Counted from the first letter of the stretch, positions 10,401-18,978 are shown. The stretch: DNA of 64,000 bases from an uncultured Gammaproteobacteria bacterium (GCA_963835645.1 CAWIGQ010000012.1:16954-80953); one strand, 5' to 3'. The notes: a model not told the origin generated them from the letters alone. A program made the numbers and translations.

Positions 10401-10607
10401 GGTCGCATCTACGTCGTTCGCGCGGATGGCAGCGTCGTGCCGCAAGGCGCACGGTGGTTCCGCAGCAACGCGACGATTGAGCCCGGCGACACCATCGTCG
10501 TGCCGTTGAACGCGGAGCACATCCCGCCATTGCCGCTGTGGCAGGCCGTGACGCAGATACTCTACAACGTAGCAGTCGGGTTCCTGGCAGTGCATTCGGC
10601 GATCTGA
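7497..10607 (+). CDS. Outer-membrane polysaccharide export protein (OPX/Wza-KpsD family), giant multi-SLBB form
   Basis: Signal-peptide-like N-terminus MRLMQRLAGPLVLFALSAALLLCG, followed by a ~300-aa Gln/Ala/Gly/Pro-rich region. Then a Poly_export-type motif (PVGYVVGPGDELDVQIYG) and about six SLBB-like repeats of the form (V/I)xVxGxVxxPGxYxxxxGxT(L/V)xxxIxxAGG. Hydrophobic C-terminal helix LWQAVTQILYNVAVGFLAV. ATG 7497 preferred over TTG 7491. Confidence 0.85.
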   Translation: MRLMQRLAGPLVLFALSAALLLCGNEATGQANDNPMGAGLQMLQGLSPEQREAISQQLGGGGLGNTGTSSSAVGARTLPMNEEQQNLMLQQQRDLLMDQLRQRAELQRLSPFLKAEDWVVITIDSNPLPAGPPAPNAPPQGAAALSGLSGLGGGAQAGSQQQNILANPALALAASQAAGGQSGAPGSGATQSGAAAAAAGMTPSSPQYATAGGYATLPPDCTGQPNCDTSQPTRPQLTDEEKKRRQALIDLIRSKNPYQLSRDGVLALPGFAPMPLAGLTEQLAALRLGVEPALSDLYIRITKLPLTKTGPTALKPFGYDLFDHPISTFAPSTNVPVPVGYVVGPGDELDVQIYGAKNGNLRLVVGRDGRVNIPQLGPISVGGQTFESAKAQLESRIERQIIGVHVSVAMGDIRTIRVFVLGDAKSPGSYTISGLGTITSALFAAGGVQPIGSLRNIELKRRGELVRRLDLYDMLIRGDTTDDARLLPDDVIFIPPVGPTVTVDGEVHRPAIYEIRNEASVADVVQLAGGLTSEADTAKVALTRIDAALHRVVLQVDLSSGAGRSESVRNGDSLRVARLRPTLDSGIIVQGYVYTSGAFAYRAGIRLTDVIRSVDDLKPNADLHYVLIRRELPPDRRITVVSADLDAALREPGSAADVPLMARDRITVFDLQSSRDRVIEPLLDDLKVQSSIGLPNEVVRIGGRANVPGEYPLEQGMTVRDLIRAGGGLSDSAYGGSAELTRYQVVNGQSRQTELIQVDLAAVLRGEAAANVRLQPFDTLSIKEVEAWTEQEAITLRGQVKFPGTYSVKPGETLKSVLLRAGGLTQFAFPEGSVFTRKELREREQRELDMLAVRMQSDIAFVALQGTVANQGGAAGALSVGQTLLSQLRQAKAVGRLVVNLKRMLQSPIGSPYDVVLRDGDELIVPKLRQEVTVIGEVQTVTSHLYRRGFSRDDYISMSGGETARADHGRIYVVRADGSVVPQGARWFRSNATIEPGDTIVVPLNAEHIPPLPLWQAVTQILYNVAVGFLAVHSAI

Positions 10608-10702
10608 TGAATGAGGAGCGGCGGACGCGCGGTGCGCGAGCCCCTGTTGTTGACACCTTCCGGCAAGGTCGCCTAGACTCCGTGCGTTCAGGCATTGAAC
10701 GC

Positions 10703-11263
10703 ATGCTCGGGCGGGAATCCGTGTTGCGCTGGTACGTGATTCACAGCAAGCCCTGCGCCGAGGGCGTCGCGCAGGTCAACCTCGAGCGCCAGGGATATGA
10801 TGTCTATCTGCCACGGCTCCTGCAGTCGGTGCGCTGGCGGCGGCAGCGGCGTGAGCGCGTCGTCCCACTGTTTCCACGTTACCTGTTCCTGCGGCTGCAG
10901 GAAGGATCCCAACCGCTGGGGCCGGTGCGCTCCTCGGTGGGCGTGACCGGCGTGGTTCGTTTCGGCTGCCGTTACGCCGTGGTTGACGACGAGGTGATCC
11001 GTGGCCTGCAGGCACGTGCGGATCCCATCACTGGGTTGCATCGGCTGAGCCGTCCCGCGCCGCTGCTGGCGGGGGCGACAGTGCAGATCGTAGCCGGGGC
11101 GTTTGACGGGCTGGAGGGCGTCTTCCAGCGCGAGGACGGTGGCGAGCGCGTCGTCGTGCTGCTGAAGCTCCTCGGCCAGGATACACCGGTGCGCGTGCCT
11201 GCCGAGTGGGTGCTGCCGCATGGCGACTCAGCGGGCGAGCGGACACGACACGGCGCGTGGTGA
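10703..11263 (+). CDS. rfaH: RfaH-like transcription antiterminator (NusG paralog)
   Basis: Reads co-linearly with E. coli RfaH: WYVIHSKP, PLFPRYLFLRL, GVTGVVRFG, VIRGL, and a KOW-like stretch GATVQIVAGAFDGLEGVFQREDGGERVVVLLKLLG. About 186 aa from ATG 10703; GTG 10721 is an alternative start. Confidence 0.85.
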   Translation: MLGRESVLRWYVIHSKPCAEGVAQVNLERQGYDVYLPRLLQSVRWRRQRRERVVPLFPRYLFLRLQEGSQPLGPVRSSVGVTGVVRFGCRYAVVDDEVIRGLQARADPITGLHRLSRPAPLLAGATVQIVAGAFDGLEGVFQREDGGERVVVLLKLLGQDTPVRVPAEWVLPHGDSAGERTRHGAW

Positions 11264-11283
11264 ACAGCGGTGGACAGACCCTG

Positions 11284-12123
11284 ATGCTGAGACAAACCGC
11301 ACACGTTGAAATTGACGAGAAGCTCGACCTCCTCGCTTTCGTCGACCTGTTCCTCAATTACCGCTGGACCATTCTGCTGTCGACGCTGATTGTGGGGGCT
11401 GCAGCGACCATTTTTGCGTTCCTGGCAACTCCGATGTTCAGGGCCGATGTCACCCTCACCATCGTGAAGGAGAAGGAGGGCAACGGCTCAGACCTCGGGG
11501 GCTCGTTGAGTGACATTGCGAATCTGGCGGGCGTAAACATCGGTCAGAGTTCGGACGAGGATGCGTATAAAGCGGTGCTTTCGTCCCGACACCTGATTCA
11601 GGTGTTCATCGAGCGCTATGGATTGGTGTCAACATTGCACGCGCCGACCCTGTGGAAGGCCGTCAATCACTTCCACGATGACCTTCTTAACATCAAGGAT
11701 GACCAGCGTAAGGGCACGACGCTCGTTGCAATCATCTGGACAGATCCCGTCGTCGCGGCGCGCTGGACCAATGATTTCGTCGCTTTGTGCAACGAGCTGA
11801 TTCGCACCAAGGCGTTGAACCAGGCGAAGCGCAACGTCGACTATCTCACCGAGCAGGCTGGCAAGACCACTTCAGTCGACGTGCAGCACGCCCTGTACGA
11901 CCTCGTGGAGTCGGAGACCAAGAAGCTCATGCTGGCCAATGAGCGCATTGAGTACGCGTTCGCCATAGCCGATCCGGCCGTGGCGCCGGAGATCCGCAGC
12001 AGCCCGAAACGAACCATGCTGCTGTTCGGTGGCCTGGGGCTCGGCGCTTTCGTCGGCTTCAGCATTGCCTTCGTGCGTGCCCGGCTCGCGGTCCGACGCC
12101 AGCACAGGCCGCCGGCCGCGTAG
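11284..12123 (+). CDS. wzz: Wzz-type polysaccharide chain-length determinant (short PCP, no kinase domain)
   Basis: 279 aa. Wzz-like N-terminus (IDLLAFVDLFLNYRWTILLSTLIVGAAATIFAFL, TM1), a periplasmic helical middle, and C-terminal TM2 (MLLFGGLGLGAFVGFSIAFV). No Walker motifs or Tyr-rich tail. G+C visibly lower than in neighbouring genes. Confidence 0.75.
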   Translation: MLRQTAHVEIDEKLDLLAFVDLFLNYRWTILLSTLIVGAAATIFAFLATPMFRADVTLTIVKEKEGNGSDLGGSLSDIANLAGVNIGQSSDEDAYKAVLSSRHLIQVFIERYGLVSTLHAPTLWKAVNHFHDDLLNIKDDQRKGTTLVAIIWTDPVVAARWTNDFVALCNELIRTKALNQAKRNVDYLTEQAGKTTSVDVQHALYDLVESETKKLMLANERIEYAFAIADPAVAPEIRSSPKRTMLLFGGLGLGAFVGFSIAFVRARLAVRRQHRPPAA

Positions 12124-12218
12124 GCCTGCCTGGGTCGATCCGATGTATCACGAGTCGGGTGTTCAATGCATGAACGGTTTGCAGTGCCGCAAGTCACCGC
12201 GAAATCGCTGACCAGCCT

Positions 12219-12551
12219 ATGCTCACCGACGAAGTTCGCTATAAGCTTCTGAGATTGCTCGAGCCGAACCCGGCGCTCAGCCAGCGCGAGGTGGCGCGCG
12301 AGCTCGGCATCAGCCTCGGCAAGGTCAACTACTGCCTCAAGGCGCTGGTTGCCAAGGGCTGGATCAAGGCCGCGAACTTCAAGAACAGCAAGAACAAGCG
12401 GGCCTACATGTATTTGCTGACACCGCGCGGTATCGAGGAAAAGGCGCGATTCACTGCGGAATTCCTGCGCTGCAAGGTGCAGGAGCACAAGGCGCTCACG
12501 GCCGAAATCGACCAGATCCGCCACGACGTCGAGCGCGCGTCGCGTCGTTAG
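12219..12551 (+). CDS. MarR-family winged-helix regulator of the EPS-associated type
   Basis: 110 aa. [41 protein letters not shown] plus the [16 protein letters not shown] wing matches the small MarR regulators found in exopolysaccharide loci. Confidence 0.8.
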   Translation: MLTDEVRYKLLRLLEPNPALSQREVARELGISLGKVNYCLKALVAKGWIKAANFKNSKNKRAYMYLLTPRGIEEKARFTAEFLRCKVQEHKALTAEIDQIRHDVERASRR

Positions 12552-12630
12552 ACGCCGCGCTGCACCCGCACGCCGCCGGAGCGGCTGCGGCAGTCACCGC
12601 TGATGCGATGGCCGCGCGGCCACGTCGCAG

Positions 12631-12642
12631 GGCGGTAGCGTT
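12631..12642 (+). promoter_or_regulatory. ops-like element (GGCGGTAGCGTT; 11/12 match to the E. coli ops GGCGGTAGCGTG)
   Basis: Read directly on the coding (non-template) strand, 20 nt upstream of ATG 12662 of the ABC exporter gene and about 1.4 kb downstream of the rfaH-like gene. Caveat: if translation starts at ATG 12608 the motif is inside the CDS. Confidence 0.45.
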
Positions 12643-12661
12643 CCTGAAACCAGCACTGAAA

Positions 12662-14476
12662 ATGACAGCCACCCCTGCCGGCAACGATTTGCGAGATCTG
12701 CTCATCCGCCTCTGGCATCACCTCAGCCGCGCGCGGCGGCGGCAGTTCGTGCTGCTGCTCGGCCTGATGGTGATCAGCGCGTTTGCGGAAGTCGTGAGCC
12801 TCGGCGCCGTTCTGCCGTTTCTCGCGATACTGATCGCGCCGGAACGGGTGTTCCGCTACGCCTTCACCGCGCGCCTCGCGCACGCCTGGGGCATCTCCTC
12901 CGCCCAGCAGTTGGTATTGCCACTCACGCTGGCGTTCGTGGTGGCCGCGGTGGTGAGCGGCGCGATCCGTACGCTGCTCATGTGGGGGATCACGCGGCTC
13001 TCGCACGGCAGCGGCGCCGAGCTCAGTGCGGAGGTCTATCGACGCACCCTCTACCAGCCCTACCACGTGCACGTGGCACGCAACAGCAGCGAGGTGCTCA
13101 GTAGCATCACGGTGAAGGTGCTCGAATGCGTCAACGTGCTGTACATGTCGCTGCTGCTGATCAGCTCGATGCTGTCGGTGGCACTGGTGACACTGGCGTT
13201 GATTGCCGTCGACCCGCTGGCGGCGGGGGTGGCGATCGCCGGCTTTGGCGGCGCCTACGGACTGGTCATGTGGCTGCAGCGGCGACGGCTGCAGCGGAAC
13301 GGCCAGCGCATCGCCATCGAACAGACCCGCGTCGTCAAGGCGATCCAGGAAGGCCTCGGTGGCATCCGTGACGTGCTGCTCGATGGAGCGCAACCGGTCT
13401 ACTGCGACGTCTATCGCAATGCCGATCTGCCGCTGCGCCGTGCACAGGGCAATAACATTTTCGCCACGCAGAGCCCGCGCTACCTTATGGAGACGGTGGG
13501 CATGGTGCTGATCGCCGCTCTCGCCTACGGCCTCAGCCGTCAGGCGGGCGGCGTCGCAACCGCACTGCCAGTGCTCGGCACGCTGGCGCTCGGCGCGCAG
13601 CGCCTGTTGCCTACGCTGCAACAAGGCTACAGCTCCTGGGCCGGCATCGTCGGCAGCCAGGCCTCCCTCACCGACGTGCTCGGCATGCTCGACCAGCCGC
13701 TGCCGCCGGAGGCGCTGCAGCCGGCACCGCCGGCGCTGCCGTTCCGTGATGGCGCCCGCTTCGTCGGCGTGCGCTTTCGCTACAGCAGCGACGGTCCCTG
13801 GGTACTCAATGGCCTCGACTTTGCGATTCGCACAGGCAGCCGCGTCGGCATCGTCGGCACGACCGGCAGCGGCAAGAGCACCGCCCTCGACCTGCTGATG
13901 GGGCTGCTGACGCCGACCGAGGGCGAGGTGCTGGTGGACGGGCAGCCCGTGAGCGGCAAACTCGTGCGAGCGTGGCAGCGAACGATCGCGCACGTGCCGC
14001 AAAGCATTTTCCTCGCGGACACCACGCTCGCCGAGAACATCGCCTTCGGCGTGCCGCGCGAGGTCATTGACATCGGCCGCGTCAGACAGGCGGCGCGCCA
14101 GGCGCAGATCGCCGAGTTCGTCGAGAGCCGCAGGGAAGGCTATGACACCCTGATCGGCGAACGCGGCGTCAGGCTCTCCGGCGGCCAGCGCCAGCGCATC
14201 GGCATCGCGCGCGCACTCTATAAACAGGCGAGCGTGCTGGTGTTCGATGAGGCCACCAGCGCGCTCGACAACGCCACCGAGCGCACGGTGATGGATGCCA
14301 TCGAGGGGCTCAACCGCGAGCTCACGATAGTGCTCATCGCGCATCGGCTCTCCACCGTGCGCCGCTGCGACACCATCATGGAGCTCGAGCAGGGGCGCGT
14401 GGTGGCGCAAGGCACTTACGATCAGCTGCTGCAATCGAGCCCGAGCTTTCGCCGGATGGCAAGGGCGGCGGTATGA
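12662..14476 (+). CDS. ABC exporter, fused permease/ATPase (MsbA/PglK-like half transporter)
   Basis: N-terminal six-TM exporter domain, then Walker A GTTGSGKST, signature LSGGQRQRIGIARAL and Walker B VLVFDEATSALD. Start at ATG 12662 (MTATPAGN); the alternative ATG 12608 adds 18 Arg-rich residues. Confidence 0.88.
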   Translation: MTATPAGNDLRDLLIRLWHHLSRARRRQFVLLLGLMVISAFAEVVSLGAVLPFLAILIAPERVFRYAFTARLAHAWGISSAQQLVLPLTLAFVVAAVVSGAIRTLLMWGITRLSHGSGAELSAEVYRRTLYQPYHVHVARNSSEVLSSITVKVLECVNVLYMSLLLISSMLSVALVTLALIAVDPLAAGVAIAGFGGAYGLVMWLQRRRLQRNGQRIAIEQTRVVKAIQEGLGGIRDVLLDGAQPVYCDVYRNADLPLRRAQGNNIFATQSPRYLMETVGMVLIAALAYGLSRQAGGVATALPVLGTLALGAQRLLPTLQQGYSSWAGIVGSQASLTDVLGMLDQPLPPEALQPAPPALPFRDGARFVGVRFRYSSDGPWVLNGLDFAIRTGSRVGIVGTTGSGKSTALDLLMGLLTPTEGEVLVDGQPVSGKLVRAWQRTIAHVPQSIFLADTTLAENIAFGVPREVIDIGRVRQAARQAQIAEFVESRREGYDTLIGERGVRLSGGQRQRIGIARALYKQASVLVFDEATSALDNATERTVMDAIEGLNRELTIVLIAHRLSTVRRCDTIMELEQGRVVAQGTYDQLLQSSPSFRRMARAAV

Positions 14477-15468
14477 AGGTGCTGGTCACGGGCGCCGACG
14501 GTTTCATCGGATCGCATCTCACCGAGGCGCTGGTGCGGGCGGGGTACGAGGTGCGTGCGTTCGTGTTCTACAACTCGTTCAATTCCCGCGGCTGGCTCGA
14601 CCACTGCGGCGCGGACGTCGCCGGCAAATTCGAAGTGTTCGCCGGAGACGTCCGTGATCCGCACGGGGTGCGCACCGCGACCCGCGGCTGCGATGCGGTG
14701 CTGCATCTTGCTGCGTTGATCGCGATACCCTATTCGTACCATTCGCCCGACACCTACGTCGACACCAATATCAAGGGCACGCTGAATGTGGTGCAGGCGG
14801 CGCGCGAGCTGGGCGTGAGCCGCGTGCTGCACACCTCCACCAGCGAGGTCTACGGCACCGCCCGCTTCGTGCCGATCACCGAAGAGCATCCGCTGCAGGG
14901 GCAGTCGCCTTATTCCGCCAGCAAGATCGGCGCCGATCAGCTCGCGATGTCCTTCTACGCCTCCTTCGCCACGCCGGTGACGATCCTGCGTCCCTTCAAC
15001 ACCTACGGCCCACGCCAGTCCGCCCGCGCGGTGATCCCGACCATCATCACCCAGATCGCCAGCGGCGCCCGGCGTATCCGGCTCGGCGCACTGCATCCGA
15101 CGCGCGACTTCAACCACGTGAGCGATACCGTCGCCGGCTTCCTGGCGGCGCTGCGCACGGATCGCGGCGTCGGCGAGGTCATCAATCTCGGCAGCGGCTT
15201 CGAGATCTCGATCGGCGACGTCGCACGCGGCATCGCCGGCATCATGCAGGCCGAGATCGAGATCGACGTCGACCTGCAGCGGCTGCGTCCGCAGAACAGC
15301 GAGGTCGAGCGGCTGTGGGCCGCCACCGCCAAGGCGCGCGAGCTGCTCGGCTGGGAGCCGCGCTACGGCGGGCTCGAGGGCTTCCGCCGCGGGCTCGCTG
15401 AGACCGTCGACTGGTACATGCGATCGACGAATCTCATGAGTTACCGGGCGGACGAATACAACCTGTGA
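14473..15468 (+). CDS. legB: NAD-dependent sugar-nucleotide 4,6-dehydratase (LegB-like SDR)
   Basis: VTGADGFIGSHL and YSASK motifs; 331 aa. First gene of a legB-legC-legH-legI block. ATGA overlap with the ABC gene. Confidence 0.7.
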   Translation: MKVLVTGADGFIGSHLTEALVRAGYEVRAFVFYNSFNSRGWLDHCGADVAGKFEVFAGDVRDPHGVRTATRGCDAVLHLAALIAIPYSYHSPDTYVDTNIKGTLNVVQAARELGVSRVLHTSTSEVYGTARFVPITEEHPLQGQSPYSASKIGADQLAMSFYASFATPVTILRPFNTYGPRQSARAVIPTIITQIASGARRIRLGALHPTRDFNHVSDTVAGFLAALRTDRGVGEVINLGSGFEISIGDVARGIAGIMQAEIEIDVDLQRLRPQNSEVERLWAATAKARELLGWEPRYGGLEGFRRGLAETVDWYMRSTNLMSYRADEYNL

Positions 15469-16655
15469 ACGACGCCGCCGTCACATCCACCTGCGCGCGG
15501 CAGATTCTCGAGGCGCTGCAAAGCGTGGTCGGCCCGGGACCGGTCGCGCTGCACGAGCCGCACTTCGGCGGCAACGAGTGGCTGTACCTCAAGGAGTGCC
15601 TCGATTCGGGCTACGTCTCCTCTGTGGGCGGCTTCGTCGATCGTTTCGAGGCGCAGCTCGCCGCCTATACGGGCGTGAAGCACGCGATCGCCGTGGTGAA
15701 CGGCACGGCAGCGCTGCACATTGCGCTGCGCCTCGCGGGCGTGCAGGCCGGCGACGAGGTGCTGCTGCCGGCGATGACCTTCGTCGCGACCTCCAACGCC
15801 GTCAGCTACTGCGGGGCCATGCCGCATTTCGTGGACAGCGAGGAGCGTACGCTCGGGATCGATGCGCACGCGCTGCGCGCGTATCTGGCCAGCGCGGCTG
15901 AGATGCGTCTCGGCCGCTGCGTCAACCGCCGCAGCGGACGCACCATTCGCGCCGTCGTGCCCATGCACGTCTTCGGTCACCCGGTCGACCTCGAAGCGCT
16001 CCTGGCCGTCGCGCACGACTTCGGCCTGGTGATGGTCGAGGACGCCGCGGAAGCGCTCGGCAGTCGCTATCAGGGTGCGCATACCGGCTCCTTCGGCCTG
16101 CTCGGCACGCTCAGCTTCAACGGCAACAAGACCGTCACCACCGGCGGTGGCGGCGCAATTCTCACCAACGAGGCGCACCTGGCACGCGCCGCGAAGCACC
16201 TCACGACCACCGCCAAAGTGCCGCACCGCTGGGAGTACCGCCACGACGAGGTTGGATTCAATTACCGGCTGCCGAACCTGAACGCCGCGCTCGGCTGCGC
16301 GCAGCTCGAGCAGTTGCCGGCACTGCTGGCGGCGAAGCGCCGCCTGCATCAGCGCTACGCGGCCGCATTCGCCGCCGTGCCCGGGGTGCAGCTGCTCGCC
16401 GAGCCGTCCGGTTGCCGCAGCAACTACTGGCTGCAGACGCTGCTGCTCGATCGGGCACTCGCCGGCGCGCGCGACGCGGTGCTGGCGCTCAGTAACGACG
16501 CCGGATTCACCACGCGGCCGGTGTGGGTGCTCAACCACCGGCTGCCCGCGTTCATCGACTGTCCGCGGATGCCGCTGCCGATGGCCGAATCCCTCGAGCA
16601 GCGCCTGCTGAACGTGCCGAGCAGCGCGCAACTGGCGATGGACGCGCCGCTGTGA
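15465..16655 (+). CDS. legC: LegC-type DegT-family aminotransferase
   Basis: LHEPHFGGNEWLYLKECLDSGYVSSVG and the PLP-lysine region SFNGNKTVTTGGGGA are characteristic of the LegC subgroup. GTGA overlap with legB. Confidence 0.75.
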   Translation: MNDAAVTSTCARQILEALQSVVGPGPVALHEPHFGGNEWLYLKECLDSGYVSSVGGFVDRFEAQLAAYTGVKHAIAVVNGTAALHIALRLAGVQAGDEVLLPAMTFVATSNAVSYCGAMPHFVDSEERTLGIDAHALRAYLASAAEMRLGRCVNRRSGRTIRAVVPMHVFGHPVDLEALLAVAHDFGLVMVEDAAEALGSRYQGAHTGSFGLLGTLSFNGNKTVTTGGGGAILTNEAHLARAAKHLTTTAKVPHRWEYRHDEVGFNYRLPNLNAALGCAQLEQLPALLAAKRRLHQRYAAAFAAVPGVQLLAEPSGCRSNYWLQTLLLDRALAGARDAVLALSNDAGFTTRPVWVLNHRLPAFIDCPRMPLPMAESLEQRLLNVPSSAQLAMDAPL

Positions 16656-17284
16656 GCGGCACGCCGATCCTGCTGGCGGGTGCAGGCGGCCATGCCAGCG
16701 CCTGCATCGATGTGATCGAGTCACACGGCGGTTTTACGGTCGCGGGGCTGGTGGGCACGGCAAGCGAGGTCGGCAAGCAAGTGCTCGGCTATTCGGTGCT
16801 TGGGACCGACGATGACCTGGCGGGTCTGCTCGCGCATTATGCGCACGCGCTGGTCGCCGTCGGCCACATCCGCACGCCGCAGCCGCGCATGCGCCTGTTC
16901 GCGCGGCTGCAGAGCCTGGGCTTCACGTTGCCGGCTATCGTCTCGCCGCTGGCACACGTATCGAGGCACGCAACGCTCGGGGCCGGCACGATCGTCATGC
17001 ATGGCGCCATCGTCAATGCCGGCGCGGTGGTGGGCTGCAATTGCATCATCAACAGCCAGGCGCTGGTGGAGCACGATGCGGCGATCGGCGATCACTGCCA
17101 CATCGCCACGGCCGCGGTCATTAACGGCGGCGCGCGCGTCGGTGCGGGCACCTTCATCGGCAGCAATGCGACGCTGCGCGAGGGCGTGCGCGTCGGCGAG
17201 CACCGTACGATCGGCATGGGTGAGCGGCTGCGCGATAATTGTCAATCCGGAGCGTCCACGCCTGCGCGCAAGAGGCACTCTTGA
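16652..17284 (+). CDS. legH: NeuD/PglD-family hexapeptide N-acetyltransferase (LegH-like)
   Basis: N-terminal ILLAGAGGHASACIDVI nucleotide-binding-like domain followed by left-handed beta-helix hexapeptide repeats. GTG 16652 overlaps the legC stop (GTGA). Confidence 0.7.
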   Translation: MSGTPILLAGAGGHASACIDVIESHGGFTVAGLVGTASEVGKQVLGYSVLGTDDDLAGLLAHYAHALVAVGHIRTPQPRMRLFARLQSLGFTLPAIVSPLAHVSRHATLGAGTIVMHGAIVNAGAVVGCNCIINSQALVEHDAAIGDHCHIATAAVINGGARVGAGTFIGSNATLREGVRVGEHRTIGMGERLRDNCQSGASTPARKRHS

Positions 17285-18282
17285 AAACACTGATCATCGC
17301 CGAGGCGGGCGTAAATCATAATGGCGACCTGAGTCTGGCGCGCCGGCTGATCGACGTCGCCGCTGATGCCGGCGCGGACCGTGTCAAGTTCCAGACCTTC
17401 AGCGCCGATCGGCTGGTGACGGTGAGCGCCGACAAGGCGCCCTACCAGGCGCGCGCCACCGGCAGCGGGGAGTCGCAGCACGCCATGCTGCGGCGGCTGG
17501 AGCTGTCGCGCGCGACGCACGTGGAGCTGATCGGGCACTGCAAGGCGCGCGGCATCGAGTTCTTCTCCACCGGCTTCGACCCCGCGAGCGTCGATCTGCT
17601 GGCGGAGCTCGGCGCGAGCTCCTTCAAGATACCTTCGGGCGAGATCACCAATCTGCCGTACCTTCGCCACGTCGGACGTTACGGCAAGCCGGTGATCCTC
17701 TCGACCGGGATGTCGAGTCTCGGGGAGATCGAGGCCGCGCTCGCAGTGCTCGAGCAGAGCGGCACGCCGCGCGGCCGCATCACCGTGCTTCATTGCACGA
17801 CCGAGTACCCCGCGCCCATGGCCGAAGTGAACCTGCGCGCCATGCTGACCATCCGCGACGCCTTCGGTGTTGCGGTGGGTTACTCTGACCACACTCCCGG
17901 CATCGAGGTCGCGATCGCCGCGGTCACCCTAGGTGCCGCGGTGATCGAGAAACACTTTACCCTCGACCGTACGCTGCCCGGGCCCGATCACAAGGCGAGC
18001 CTCGAGCCGGCGGAACTGGTGGCGATGGTCAGGGGCATTCGCAATGTCGAGCAGGCGCTCGGCAGCCCCATCAAGCGCGCCACCGATAGCGAAGCACGCA
18101 ATAAGCCCGTCGCGCGCAAATCGCTGGTGGCCGCGCGCGCCATCCGTGCGGGCGAGGTGCTGACGGAGGCCAATCTCGCCGTCAAGCGGCCCGGCAGCGG
18201 CATCTCGCCCATGTGCTGGGATCAGGTCCTCGGGCGCAAGGCGTGCCGCGATTTTGCCGCCGATGAGCTCATCGAGCTGTGA
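17281..18282 (+). CDS. legI: N-acylneuraminate-type nonulosonic acid synthase (NeuB/LegI family)
   Basis: LIIAEAGVNHNGDLSLARRLIDVAADAGADRVKFQTF, plus a C-terminal SAF-like domain (LAVKRPGSGISP). TTG 17281 overlaps the upstream stop. Confidence 0.82.
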   Translation: MKTLIIAEAGVNHNGDLSLARRLIDVAADAGADRVKFQTFSADRLVTVSADKAPYQARATGSGESQHAMLRRLELSRATHVELIGHCKARGIEFFSTGFDPASVDLLAELGASSFKIPSGEITNLPYLRHVGRYGKPVILSTGMSSLGEIEAALAVLEQSGTPRGRITVLHCTTEYPAPMAEVNLRAMLTIRDAFGVAVGYSDHTPGIEVAIAAVTLGAAVIEKHFTLDRTLPGPDHKASLEPAELVAMVRGIRNVEQALGSPIKRATDSEARNKPVARKSLVAARAIRAGEVLTEANLAVKRPGSGISPMCWDQVLGRKACRDFAADELIEL

Positions 18283-18977
18283 GCATGGTCCTGTCGATCC
18301 ACCAGGCGAGCTACTTCCCGTGGCTGGGGCTGCTGGACAAGGTCAGCAACAGCGACGTCTTCATGGTGATGGACGACGTGCAGCTGTCCGACAACGGCTA
18401 CCAGCATCGCAACCTGTTTCTTACCGCGGACGGCAAGGTGAGATTGCTTACAATTCCGATCGTCAGGAAGAACTATCTTGCGCGCAGATTTCGCGAGATT
18501 GAGATCGCGCGCGATGACTGGCGCGCGAGCCACATCAGCTTCATCCGCAATACCTACGGACGGCATCCGTTTGCGCGCGACGTGCTGCCGCCGCTCGAGC
18601 GCTTCTTTGCCGCGAGCTATGGGCTGCTCACCGAGGCAGTGATGGCCTCCATGCGGCTGTCGTTCGAGCTGTTCGGAATCACCACGCGCGTGATCCTGCA
18701 AAGCGAGATGGACTACGACCGCTCATTGCGGCGCGGCGATCTGGTGGTCGCACTTGCCCGCGCGGCGGGTGCGCAGTGCTATCTGTCGGGATCCGGCGCC
18801 CGGGCCTATCTGGACGAGACTGCGTTCGGCGCCGATGTGACGCTGCGCTACAACGACTTCCAGCATCCGCAGTACCTGCAGAAAGGAGCGGCGGCCTTCG
18901 AGCCGGGCCTGGCCTGCCTCGATGCGCTGTTCAATCTCGGCGCGGACGGCGCGCGGGCGCTGCTGAGCGGAAACTGA
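18279..18977 (+). CDS. WbqC-family protein (function unknown)
   Basis: The N-terminus LSIHQASYFPWLGLLDKVSNSDVFMVMDDVQL is the hallmark of the WbqC-like family. GTG 18279 (GTGA overlap) or ATG 18285. Confidence 0.75.
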   Translation: MSMVLSIHQASYFPWLGLLDKVSNSDVFMVMDDVQLSDNGYQHRNLFLTADGKVRLLTIPIVRKNYLARRFREIEIARDDWRASHISFIRNTYGRHPFARDVLPPLERFFAASYGLLTEAVMASMRLSFELFGITTRVILQSEMDYDRSLRRGDLVVALARAAGAQCYLSGSGARAYLDETAFGADVTLRYNDFQHPQYLQKGAAAFEPGLACLDALFNLGADGARALLSGN

Positions 18978-18978
18978 T

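Noticed and set aside
12548-14434. Very long antisense or alternative-frame ORFs. Examples are 12548-14434 (-) 628 aa, 34878-36614 (-) 578 aa, 43021-44595 (-) 524 aa, 55950-57686 (-) 578 aa, 27507-29207 (-) 566 aa, and + strand off-frame ORFs such as 1392-2519 and 31374-32648.
   Set aside because: They are shadows of bona fide + strand genes in high-G+C DNA. Their translations are Arg/Ala/Pro/Gly-rich with no family-like motifs. In every case the opposite or alternate frame carries a clearly recognisable protein family.
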